Below, piece by piece: positions 1 through 8,192 of a stretch of 64,000 nt of DNA. The first letter of the stretch is position 1. The number at the start of each line of letters is the position of its first letter. Made by a program: the position numbers and the translations under genes. This stretch comes from Clostridia bacterium. GTDB taxonomy: Bacteria; Bacillota; Clostridia; UMGS1883; UMGS1540. The stretch spans positions 1 through 64,000 of the forward strand of contig JAZSIR010000006.1 in the NCBI GenBank assembly GCA_045533905.1. Reading direction: 5' to 3'. The notes under the pieces were generated by a model. That model had not been told where the DNA came from. It saw nothing but the letters and a program-made list of their open reading frames with translations, and did not search any database.

Positions 1-45
1 ACTTTTTTCAAAATTCTCGACGCCGCCAATCGCGACAGCTTTAAT

Positions 46-74
46 AGTTTACCACGCGCAAAAGAAAATGTCAA
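46..74 (-). promoter_or_regulatory. sigmaA promoter pointing out of the window (possibly an rRNA/tRNA promoter)
   Basis: Minus strand TTGACA-17nt-TAAACT with an extended -10 TG and upstream A/T tracts; the target lies outside the window. Confidence 0.55.
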
Positions 75-176
75 GCATTTTTCAAAAAAAATTCAAAACT
101 TTTTTCAAGGCGCGTTTTTATGCTGTTTTTCGCTGCTTTTCGTCATAAAAAATTCCCCGCTTTTTGCCCCGCGGCG

Positions 177-205
177 GCATATGCTGGGACAACCGTTCAT
201 ATAGT
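177..205 (+). promoter_or_regulatory. sigmaE-type sporulation promoter of the spoIIIA operon
   Basis: gcATA-16nt-CATATAGT matches the sigmaE consensus ATA-N16-CATAcanT; sits upstream of the AGGAGG RBS of spoIIIAB. Confidence 0.7.
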
Positions 206-233
206 ATACCACAAAGAAAAAGGAGGGTCCGCT

Positions 234-713
234 TTGCGGCTTTTCATCGCTTGCCTTCTCATCCTCGCCGCAGGCGCGCTTTCGGCAAGCCGCCGCGCGC
301 GGCTTCGCATTCGCATTTCGTTTCTTTCTTCACTTTCGGATGCCTTCGCGCTTTTGGAAAGCGACATCCGTGCCCTCTCCTCGCCTCTGCCCCTCGCCTT
401 TGAACGGGCAGGCACGCTCTCGCCCCTTTTCCGGGAGGCGGCGCCGCTTCTTTTTGCGGCCGATGCCGAGGAGGCTGTGCGCCGTGCCGCCGCCACTTTG
501 GGGGTGCACGGAGAAGAAGCGGACATTCTGGAAAGCTTTGCGCGCGGCCTTCTTTCCGAAGATGCCGAAGGGCAGCTTGCCAATGTGCACCGCGCGGCCG
601 TGCGCACGACTTCTCTTTCGGACGCCCTTTCAAAAGAAGAGGCGCGGATGGGGAAGCTGTACGGTGCCGGCGGCCTTCTGGCCGGTCTCGCGGCTGTGGT
701 TTTACTTTTATAA
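234..713 (+). CDS. spoIIIAB: stage III sporulation protein AB
   Basis: TTG start after AGGAGG; N- and C-terminal TM segments, LESDI...PLP motif, KLYGAGGLLAGL C-terminus; precedes spoIIIAC. Confidence 0.8.
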   Translation: MRLFIACLLILAAGALSASRRARLRIRISFLSSLSDAFALLESDIRALSSPLPLAFERAGTLSPLFREAAPLLFAADAEEAVRRAAATLGVHGEEADILESFARGLLSEDAEGQLANVHRAAVRTTSLSDALSKEEARMGKLYGAGGLLAGLAAVVLLL

Positions 714-722
714 GGAGAGACT

Positions 723-917
723 ATGGATATCGACTTAATTTTCAAAATTGCCGCCATCGGCATTATCGTCTCCGTTTTGCACCAGCTTCTCGTCCGGAGT
801 GGGCGCGAGGAACAGGCCATGATGACGACGCTTGCGGGGCTTGTGGTGGTTCTTATGATTGTCGTTCGCGAAATCGGGGCCCTTTTTGATATGATAAAAA
901 GCATTTTTGATCTGTAA
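723..917 (+). CDS. spoIIIAC: stage III sporulation protein AC
   Basis: MDIDLIFKIAAIGIIVSVLHQLLVRSGREEQAMMTTLAG is the typical SpoIIIAC sequence. Confidence 0.95.
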   Translation: MDIDLIFKIAAIGIIVSVLHQLLVRSGREEQAMMTTLAGLVVVLMIVVREIGALFDMIKSIFDL

Positions 918-929
918 GGAGGACGCCCC

Positions 930-1316
930 TTGGAAATTCTCCGCCTTTCCGCCATCGCCGTGACAACGGCTCTTTTATCGGTTTTCCTAAAACAAAACAA
1001 GAGCCCCTTTGCGCTTCTCGTAAGCATGGCAGGCGGCGCGGTGCTTCTTCTCTACTCGCTTCCGTACCTGCGCGATTTTTTTGGCTACGGCACCGCTTTT
1101 GCCGATGCCGCGGGGCTGGACCGTGCCTCGCTTTCCGCGCTCCTTCGCGTTGTGTGCATCACGCTTATCACCGAGTGCGCCGCGGCTATGTGCCGCGATG
1201 CGGGCGAGAGCGCCCTTTCCAAAAAACTTGAAATTGCGGGAAAGCTTATGATTCTCGGCCTTTCGATGCCGGTGATCTCCTCCCTTTTTGAAGCCGTAGT
1301 TTCTGTAATTCCCTGA
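930..1316 (+). CDS. spoIIIAD: stage III sporulation protein AD
   Basis: CRDAGESALSKKLEIAGK motif; operon position. Confidence 0.92.
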   Translation: MEILRLSAIAVTTALLSVFLKQNKSPFALLVSMAGGAVLLLYSLPYLRDFFGYGTAFADAAGLDRASLSALLRVVCITLITECAAAMCRDAGESALSKKLEIAGKLMILGLSMPVISSLFEAVVSVIP

Positions 1317-1324
1317 GGTGGTCT

Positions 1325-2425
1325 ATGCGAAAACTTCTCGTGCTCCTTTTCGTTTTTCTTCCCGTCACCGCCGCCGCCTCGCCCATTTATGAGGCGGCCG
1401 ACGGCATAAGCGGCGAGGGCATCTCCCATATCGAAGAAATCCTTGCGGACTTTGATTTCCGCGAGGCGGTTGACGCCTATACCAAGGGGGAGGACACCTC
1501 GCTTTGGCAACGGCTGTGGGACGGCCTCTGCCGCTTTGCCACGGGTGCTGTCCGCTCTTCCCTTCCGGTGCCGCTTTCGGCCGCCGCCATCGCCATTTTC
1601 GCGAGCCTTTTAGGGCGCGTGGGCGAAGGGCAGAGTGCGGGCGAGGTCGGTTTTTTCCTCGCCTATGCCGCTGCCATCGGGCTCTCCGCTTCTGCCTTTG
1701 GGGATGTGGCCGCGCTTTCCGAAGGGGCCGCGCAGGATATGGGCACCTTCACCGCCGCGGCGCTTCCGGCTCTCTCGGCGCTTTCCGCTTCCTCCGGCGG
1801 CGCGGGGGCGCTGATGCATCCGGCGCTTCTTGCGGCTTCGGCTGCGGGGTCCCTTCTTGTGACACGCGTTGGGATTCCGGCCGTTTCCGTCTCCCTCGCT
1901 CTTTCGGCCATCGGGCGGCTTTCGCCGCACTCGCCGCTTCCTGCACTTTCTTCCCTTCTCCGCCGTACGGCGCTCTGGGTGGTCTGCGGCAGCCTTACGC
2001 TTTTTTCTGCCATTTTAAGCGTGACGGGCTATGCCGCGGGCACACTCAGCACCGCCGCCACGCGCGGGCTTCGATATGCCGCAGGGAGCCTGGTGCCTGT
2101 GCTTGGCTCCTTTCTGGCAGATTCTGCGGAGGCCGTTTCGTTCTCGGCGCTTCTTTTGAAAGGCGCGGCGGGGGCGGCGGGCACGGTGCTTCTTTTCCTT
2201 CTTATGCTGTACCCCGTCATCCGCGCGGCTGCGGGTGCGCTTCTCTTCCGCCTTTCTTCCGCTCTGGCAAAAGGCGCGGCCGACCCGCGCATTGCCGCCG
2301 CGCTTTCTGACATTGCCGATGCCCTCTCCACCCTTTCCGGGATGACGGCGGCGGCCGGCGTTTTTGCCATTCTCTCGCTCGGGATGCTGACGCGAACCGG
2401 GAGTATGGGGGTGATTCTTCGTTGA
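1325..2425 (+). CDS. spoIIIAE: stage III sporulation protein AE
   Basis: Polytopic membrane protein with VPVLGSFLADSAEAV motif; operon position. Confidence 0.88.
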   Translation: MRKLLVLLFVFLPVTAAASPIYEAADGISGEGISHIEEILADFDFREAVDAYTKGEDTSLWQRLWDGLCRFATGAVRSSLPVPLSAAAIAIFASLLGRVGEGQSAGEVGFFLAYAAAIGLSASAFGDVAALSEGAAQDMGTFTAAALPALSALSASSGGAGALMHPALLAASAAGSLLVTRVGIPAVSVSLALSAIGRLSPHSPLPALSSLLRRTALWVVCGSLTLFSAILSVTGYAAGTLSTAATRGLRYAAGSLVPVLGSFLADSAEAVSFSALLLKGAAGAAGTVLLFLLMLYPVIRAAAGALLFRLSSALAKGAADPRIAAALSDIADALSTLSGMTAAAGVFAILSLGMLTRTGSMGVILR

Positions 2426-2841
2426 GAGCCTGGCTGCTTCGTATTCTCTCCCTTTCGCTTTTTACCTCGCTTTGCGAAATTTTTCTGCCGGAAGGCACGG
2501 TGCGGAAATTCGCCGCGCCGCTTCTTTCGCTTACCGTGTCGGCCGCGATTTTTCTTCCGATTATTTCTTTTCTTTCTTCCCCACCCGCACTTTCTTTTCC
2601 CCTGCCCGGAGAGGAATCGGCGGCCGTATCCACGCTTTCCTCTTCCGTAGCCGCGGAATACGAAAGCAGAATTGCCGCCGCCATTTCAGCGCGTGGCGGC
2701 AAGGTTTTGGAAATCGAAACGGGCGAGGATTTTTCAATCCGCCGCATCGTTTTGGAGGAAGAAGGCAGTCTTTCGGCGATGCACTATATTTTTACGGAAC
2801 TGGAGGTGGCGCGCGAGGATGTGGAAATCCGAAAAAATTGA
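2422..2841 (+). CDS. spoIIIAF: stage III sporulation protein AF
   Basis: EIFLPEGTVRKF motif between two N-terminal TM helices; overlaps the spoIIIAE stop. Confidence 0.8.
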   Translation: MRAWLLRILSLSLFTSLCEIFLPEGTVRKFAAPLLSLTVSAAIFLPIISFLSSPPALSFPLPGEESAAVSTLSSSVAAEYESRIAAAISARGGKVLEIETGEDFSIRRIVLEEEGSLSAMHYIFTELEVAREDVEIRKN

Positions 2842-3292
2842 TGCTTTTTTATCCAAAAAGAAGAATATCCGGCTTTTATACATCATAGTAAGTATTTGTA
2901 TACTTATACTGGCATTCGGGAACACCGCCCCCATAAAGGATATGCCCGAGGCTGATGGGACGGCGCTTTCGGAGCCGCTTTCGGAAGCACTTCCGCGCGT
3001 CCTCTCCAAAATCCGCGGAGCAGGACGCGTGCACGTGGCCATCTCCTACGAAAGCGGTGCGGAATCCGTCCACGCCCGAAATGAAGACGGAGACGGAAGC
3101 GAGCTTGCCACGCTCGGCTCCGGCAGCGGCGAGCGTGCCGTTTTGGAAAAGGAAATCTGCCCGAAGGTGCGCGGGGTGATTGTGGTGGCCGAGGGCGGCG
3201 GGAATTCGGGCGTGCGGCGTGACCTTCTCGAAGCCACCGTGGCACTGACCGGTGCGCCCGCGCACAGAATTGCGGTGTTCCCCGCAAAATGA
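2819..3292 (+). CDS. spoIIIAG: stage III sporulation protein AG
   Basis: LSKIRGAGRVHV and PKVRGVIVVAEGG motifs; start placed at MWKSEK. Confidence 0.88.
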   Translation: MWKSEKIDAFLSKKKNIRLLYIIVSICILILAFGNTAPIKDMPEADGTALSEPLSEALPRVLSKIRGAGRVHVAISYESGAESVHARNEDGDGSELATLGSGSGERAVLEKEICPKVRGVIVVAEGGGNSGVRRDLLEATVALTGAPAHRIAVFPAK

Positions 3293-3306
3293 AAGGAAGG
3301 GATTTT

Positions 3307-3804
3307 ATGATAGTGGTAAAACGGAAACAGGTTCTTATTGTGGGCCTCGCGGCGCTTGTAGCCGTAGCGGGCTATCTCAATGCAAACTTCGGCGAAAGCG
3401 CGCCGACGTCTTCGGAAACGCTTGGAGAGGTTAAGCTCGTCGGAAACGAGGACGCGGCAGACTTCTTCAGCGAGGCGCGGCTGGAAAGAGAAATCGGCCG
3501 TGCAGAAAGCGTGGCTTCGCTCGGAGCGATTGCGCAAAACGCTGACACAGGCGAGGCGGCACGCGCGGCGGCGGAAGCGGAAATGGTGGAAATTGCCCGC
3601 CTTTCCGAAACGGAAAAGACAATTGAAACGATGCTTTTAGCCCAAGGCTTTTCTGACGCCGTCATTTACATTTCGGGCGATTCGGTTACGGCCATTGTGA
3701 AAAGTGAGGCGCTCTCGGAAGCCGCCGTTGCTAAAATTACGGATATCATCACAACCCAGACGGGGATTCCGGCGGCGAATATTAAGATTATTGAAGCCGC
3801 ATAA
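3307..3804 (+). CDS. spoIIIAH: stage III sporulation protein AH
   Basis: VAGYLN after TM, DFFSEARLERE, GFSDAVI motifs. Confidence 0.9.
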   Translation: MIVVKRKQVLIVGLAALVAVAGYLNANFGESAPTSSETLGEVKLVGNEDAADFFSEARLEREIGRAESVASLGAIAQNADTGEAARAAAEAEMVEIARLSETEKTIETMLLAQGFSDAVIYISGDSVTAIVKSEALSEAAVAKITDIITTQTGIPAANIKIIEAA

Positions 3805-3832
3805 CAAAAATAACCTCTTTGCAGGCAATAGC

Positions 3833-4025
3833 AGAATGTTAAAACGCCACGCGCCGTCGTACTCCTGTACTACAAGCGGTGGCGTTTTGACGTACCAAAA
3901 GGCTCAAAAACAAAGAAAGTCGAAGTAAATGCGATTTTTCACTCTTCCGGAAAATTCTTCTGTTTTGGGCTCGCCGTCTTTTGTTTTTTAATGGCCTTTT
4001 GCGTTCCGGGCTTTTTTACATTCCC
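3833..4025 (-). repeat. dispersed hairpin element family R1
   Basis: Begins GGGAATGTAAAAAAG just after the stop of ORF 4032; contains the AAAACGCCAC...GTGGCGTTTT stem; related copies at 15031, 20510, 29220, 59618. Confidence 0.7.
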
Positions 4026-4031
4026 TTTTCT

Positions 4032-5048
4032 TTACGCTCTTTGGGCGCGTATCTTCTCATCTGTCTGCATTTTAAGGAATTCTTTTTTGCGCTCCCATTC
4101 TGTCTCAGCCGCCTCGGCTTTGAGGCGCTCCTCTTCAATCGCGGCCATAAGCTTTTCCATAAACTGCACCTGGTCCTTTGTAACCGTACCCTCGGGAACG
4201 CCGAGGACCGCAGCGGCGTTTTTATCCACAACGCCCATCGCCATAACCTTGTCCAGTTCATTCCGGAAAGCGGCATCTGCGCGGTCATCTGCCGCGCTTT
4301 GTGCATCCTGCCCGAGCTGTTTCTGCTGCAGGGCCAGTCCCTCGCCGGTCTGGTATTCTGAAAATGCATTTTTGGCAAGGCTTCCCAAAAGCGAAACCGT
4401 ATCCATCTTCGCGGCGCGGTCGGCCTCAAAGCGCTCGCGCGCAAGTGCCTCATACTGCGGCACAAGCGCCTGCGCGGCTCTCTGGCGCATAATCTCGGCT
4501 GTGGAGCCGCCCAAAAGCCCGCGGGAATTCGCGGACTGCGCGGCCGCGAGCATCGCCTCTTCCTGCGCCGCGTGAAGCGCCGTATCCTTTTTCGGGTCAT
4601 ACGAAAAGCGCATCTGTGTAAGTTCCGACAAGACAGAGTCGGTTTTCTTTTCGTAGGGATTTTCGTATTTCTTCGGTACAAAGCTTTCTGCAAACGATTT
4701 TTCCATCCAGTAATCGTCGCCCACCTTTATAAGGCGGCTGTCATTTTTATTCAGAAGCTGGCCGTTCACAATCGGGGCATCGGCCTCCTTGTCGTAGCCG
4801 ACCGTGGCACCTTTTGCCGCGAGCGTATTCCGAAGCGGCGTGTAGCCGCGCGGGCCGCCGGCACCGCTTTTGGCAAGTGCCGTGCGGATGGTGTCGCCGC
4901 TTGCGCGGAAGCCGCCGTCCGTTTTCCCGAAGGCGGCCGTATCGAGCGCGTGCACATTCCCTTTTCCGTCAATGACGGAAAGAGTATTGCCGTCGGAAAC
5001 CGTTTCATACCCTCTTTCGGAAAGCCAGTTTTCTACAGTATACTCCAT
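4032..5048 (-). CDS. putative internal virion/ejection (pilot)-like protein
   Basis: YENPY...FSYDPKKD...AAAQSANSRGLLGGS Ala/Gln-rich helical region of the kind seen in Firmicutes podophage internal proteins; last gene after the nozzle; start MEYTVEN. Confidence 0.5.
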   Translation of the reverse strand: MEYTVENWLSERGYETVSDGNTLSVIDGKGNVHALDTAAFGKTDGGFRASGDTIRTALAKSGAGGPRGYTPLRNTLAAKGATVGYDKEADAPIVNGQLLNKNDSRLIKVGDDYWMEKSFAESFVPKKYENPYEKKTDSVLSELTQMRFSYDPKKDTALHAAQEEAMLAAAQSANSRGLLGGSTAEIMRQRAAQALVPQYEALARERFEADRAAKMDTVSLLGSLAKNAFSEYQTGEGLALQQKQLGQDAQSAADDRADAAFRNELDKVMAMGVVDKNAAAVLGVPEGTVTKDQVQFMEKLMAAIEEERLKAEAAETEWERKKEFLKMQTDEKIRAQRA

Positions 5049-5087
5049 CGTTTCTCCTTTCCGCCGCCCATTTGGGCGGCACATCTA

Positions 5088-6470
5088 TTAGGCATAGCTT
5101 CGTTTTCTTGCGCGGAGGTCAAACTCCACGCTCTCCACGCGCACATACCCTTCACCCGAAAGGCGCACGCGCATCTGCGGCGCATCCTGCATCTGCGGTG
5201 GAATGTCAATGGCCACAACGCCGCTTTTCTCCACCGTACCCACCGTGCGCCAGCCCTCACCGCCGCTCCACGGACTTACGGCCACCGAAAAGTACGCGCC
5301 TTCCGAAACCTCTGCCCGCACATAGATGCGGTGCCAGTTCTGAAAGAGCGTTTCGCCGAAGCGGTACGGCGCGGAAACGCGCATCCAGCGCACCTTCTCG
5401 TCTCCCTCGCCAAAGGTGTAGACGGTGCCGTCGGAGGCGGCGGCATACGTTTTTCCCGAAAGGGCGGCAAATCCCACAAGCGGCACGGCATCCTCTACAT
5501 ACCACTCGCCCACGCGCGTATCATAGGCGAGGATGCGGGTTGTGTCGTCCTTCTGGGGCAGGGCGAGGTAATAGCGCACGCCGTCGGTGCCGGCGGCAAC
5601 CTCTTCCATTCTTTCCATATCCATTTCCTCTATATATTTCTGAATGGGTAGGCTTACGGTTTTCGGCAGTGCGCCGCCTGTATAGCGGTACAAGCCGCCG
5701 CGCCCCAGAAAGTATAAGGCGCCGCCGATTTCCACGATGCTTGCGCACGCGGTGCAGCCGATATCGCGGCTTAAACAGAGGAGCGAGAAGTTTATGGGGT
5801 CGGTGCCATACAGCTCAAACATCGCATTTTCCTTAAAATAAAGGATATGCCCGCCATAGGCGAAAAGCCCCGTGCCCGCGGCCTCCTTCGTCGTTTCGCA
5901 CATTTCCGCGCCGGCGTTTTCCGGGGCGGACCAGTCATCCACATTCTGAAGCGCCGAGTACCTGAGGAACTTATCCTTGTCGGACGCCGCGAAAAGATGC
6001 CACGCGTGCACCGCTAAAAACTTCGCATTTTCAGGTTTGCCGCGGGTGCCGACCTGCGTAATCTTCTCCCCATCGTACTTTTTTGCGCCGCTTCCGTCGG
6101 CAAAGATGGCGTAGTCCATAAAATCTGCCGCATAGATGCGCCCCGCCTCCGTGTCGGAAACGGCGCCGCAGTTTTTCCAGGCGCCCGCTTCCAGTATATA
6201 TAAATTTTTCGAAACCACAGCCGCGAGCGTGGTGCCGAAAACGGTTCCGAAATACCGCACCGTGCCCGAAGGCAGGGGCGGCACGGCCGTAGCACTGCGC
6301 GAAGGACGTGGCGCAAGCTGCGGCCAGACGCCGGAATGGAGATTTTCCATCTCCGCCGCCATCCCGTCCGGGATTTCTGCCGGCGGAAGGCCCGTGTGCA
6401 CACCGCCACCGATTTTCGTTTCGATGTGCCGCACCTTTCCTCCCATCTCATTCCACATTCCTTTTTTCAT
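5088..6470 (-). CDS. putative tail nozzle / DNA-stabilisation protein (P22 gp10 / T7 gp12-like beta-propeller)
   Basis: 460 aa beta-rich; motifs GCTACASIVEIGGALYFLG, DGVRYYLALP, ILAYDTRVGEW; follows the adaptor. Confidence 0.65.
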   Translation of the reverse strand: MKKGMWNEMGGKVRHIETKIGGGVHTGLPPAEIPDGMAAEMENLHSGVWPQLAPRPSRSATAVPPLPSGTVRYFGTVFGTTLAAVVSKNLYILEAGAWKNCGAVSDTEAGRIYAADFMDYAIFADGSGAKKYDGEKITQVGTRGKPENAKFLAVHAWHLFAASDKDKFLRYSALQNVDDWSAPENAGAEMCETTKEAAGTGLFAYGGHILYFKENAMFELYGTDPINFSLLCLSRDIGCTACASIVEIGGALYFLGRGGLYRYTGGALPKTVSLPIQKYIEEMDMERMEEVAAGTDGVRYYLALPQKDDTTRILAYDTRVGEWYVEDAVPLVGFAALSGKTYAAASDGTVYTFGEGDEKVRWMRVSAPYRFGETLFQNWHRIYVRAEVSEGAYFSVAVSPWSGGEGWRTVGTVEKSGVVAIDIPPQMQDAPQMRVRLSGEGYVRVESVEFDLRARKRSYA

Positions 6471-6480
6471 CTGCCGTCAC

Positions 6481-7098
6481 CTACCTTCCGCATCGCTTCT
6501 TGCCGATGATTTTGGTGGTCGGATATTTTCCGTCCTTTTCATAGCGTTCCTGCCGTGCGCGGGCAAGAAGAAGATTGTAGTTTAACTTGTAGTTATTGGC
6601 AAGCGCCACATCCTCGCGCGCCTCGGCCACCGTGCACAAAAGCGCGCACTTGATAAGCTCGATATAATCTTCGTCAAGCCGTATCTCCTGCGCGGCGAAA
6701 TCCACGCCTTCGCGCTCGGCCTCCTCGGGCGAAAGAAGCCGCGCGGGGCGAAGGAAATACCAGACGGTGATTTCCGCATCGTGCGGGGGCGGCGGGCAGA
6801 GGCCGATAAAGCCCTCCATCGCGCGGTACCACATCCCCCGCCTTGCGGCGTCGCCGATTCTTCCGGCTTCGCGCTTTTTTCCGTTTACCAAAACGGCGGA
6901 GATAAGGTCAGGACGGATATCCCCCGGCAGCGGCAGGAGCTTTTCGCCGCCGCGGGCGGAGAAGGTATACCCCTCGCGCAGGGCGAGCACCTTATAAAGC
7001 TCTCGTACGGCCGTGTCGAGCCAGACCAAAAGCTCCGCATCCGTGAATGCATTCGGCATTCTTGTGCGCACATCCTTCAGAATTTCGCCTACGGTCAT
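6481..7098 (-). CDS. putative head-tail adaptor protein
   Basis: MTVGEILKDVR...FTDAELLVWLD N-terminus and helical C-terminus typical of gp4/gp11-like adaptors; ATGA overlap with the amidase. Confidence 0.65.
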   Translation of the reverse strand: MTVGEILKDVRTRMPNAFTDAELLVWLDTAVRELYKVLALREGYTFSARGGEKLLPLPGDIRPDLISAVLVNGKKREAGRIGDAARRGMWYRAMEGFIGLCPPPPHDAEITVWYFLRPARLLSPEEAEREGVDFAAQEIRLDEDYIELIKCALLCTVAEAREDVALANNYKLNYNLLLARARQERYEKDGKYPTTKIIGKKRCGR

Positions 7099-7712
7099 AC
7101 GCCTCGCCCCCTTACATAGCGGAGGCATTTGCGGGCGAGCCAGTAGGCATTTTCATCGTCCTCCAGCTTCTGCATCCAAAGCGTTGCATCCGTCAGGATT
7201 CCGCGCTCGTAAAGCTCCCAGACGATATCGTTCACACTTGTGAGTTCTTCCACTTCTGCCACTCTCCTTTTCAGTTCCTTCCAGAGCGCCCAGTCGTTTT
7301 CCGCAAGGACCGCGGGGCACAGTTTTCGCGAGGCATCATAGTGACGCACCACATTTTCGATGCCTGTTTCCGCTTTGAGCTTTTTGATAAGGTCCACGGT
7401 GTAATCGAGCGTTCGTTCGAGGTTTCCGTCTTCGTTTATGCAGATTTCGATGCCGATGGAATTGGCGTTCGTGATGCCGTAACGCCCCTTGCCGTCGCCG
7501 CAGTGCCACGTGTAGTAGCGCTCGTAATCATTGATCTGCATAGCGCCGCCGTCATCGACCACAAAGTCGGCACTCTGGCCGACATTTCCCGCGTTCCAGT
7601 ACGAAAAATGGGCAGCAGCATTTGCGCCTTTTTTCGGATTCCCCGTACTGTGCACGACGATGTACCGCGGCTTTTCTGTTCGTTTTGTGATATTGTGCTG
7701 TAACTGTTTCAT
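7095..7712 (-). CDS. N-acetylmuramoyl-L-alanine amidase (Amidase_2 endolysin)
   Basis: YIVVHST, WHCGDG, NANSIGIEIC, VVRHYDASRKLCP Zn-amidase motifs. Confidence 0.92.
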   Translation of the reverse strand: MKQLQHNITKRTEKPRYIVVHSTGNPKKGANAAAHFSYWNAGNVGQSADFVVDDGGAMQINDYERYYTWHCGDGKGRYGITNANSIGIEICINEDGNLERTLDYTVDLIKKLKAETGIENVVRHYDASRKLCPAVLAENDWALWKELKRRVAEVEELTSVNDIVWELYERGILTDATLWMQKLEDDENAYWLARKCLRYVRGRGV

Positions 7713-7725
7713 TTTCTCTCCTTAT

Positions 7726-7781
7726 AAAAAACGGGTGCGGCCGCGGCGGCGGGCGTTTCCGCCGCGGTGCTCCCCATTTTT
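7726..7781 (-). terminator. intrinsic terminator-like hairpin between holin and amidase
   Basis: CCGCGGCGG/CCGCCGCGG stem with extended flanks followed by T6 on the minus strand. Confidence 0.6.
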
Positions 7782-7961
7782 TCAGAACCCTTCCTTGTCC
7801 GTGGGGTTGTTAAGTACCCCGAACCCTACCAAAACCGCTAAAAGCAGCTCGGTAAAGGTGTCAAACTGCGGGATTTCAAAGCCGCACCACGCCTTCATCA
7901 CAAAGGCGAAAAGGGCGGCACAGGAAACCCATAGGACCGGGCTTCGCCATCTCTCAGACAT
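7782..7961 (-). CDS. phage holin
   Basis: 59 aa, RWRSPVLW...VGFGVLNNPT, two TM helices, upstream of the endolysin. Confidence 0.8.
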   Translation of the reverse strand: MSERWRSPVLWVSCAALFAFVMKAWCGFEIPQFDTFTELLLAVLVGFGVLNNPTDKEGF

Positions 7962-8178
7962 AATGCATCCCCTCCTTGATTTCGTCAATGCGGTGGTGCG
8001 CACTCTTTACGCTCTCCTCCACAGAGACCATACGGAGCACAAGGCTGTTATACTTCTCCACCTTGCGCTCGAGCTGCAAAAGGCGATAATTCGTAAGGCG
8101 GTTTGCGGCCAGTATGCCGCCAAGCGTGCCTACGAGTGTGCCGAGAAAGGAAAGCGCGGCCACGATATATTCGTACAT
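7954..8178 (-). CDS. holin-associated small membrane protein
   Basis: N-terminal TM then LTNYRLLQLERKVEKYN...KSAHHRID coiled coil, a pattern common in clostridial lysis cassettes. Confidence 0.7.
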   Translation of the reverse strand: MYEYIVAALSFLGTLVGTLGGILAANRLTNYRLLQLERKVEKYNSLVLRMVSVEESVKSAHHRIDEIKEGMHYV

Positions 8179-8192
8179 TTCTTTCCCTCCTT

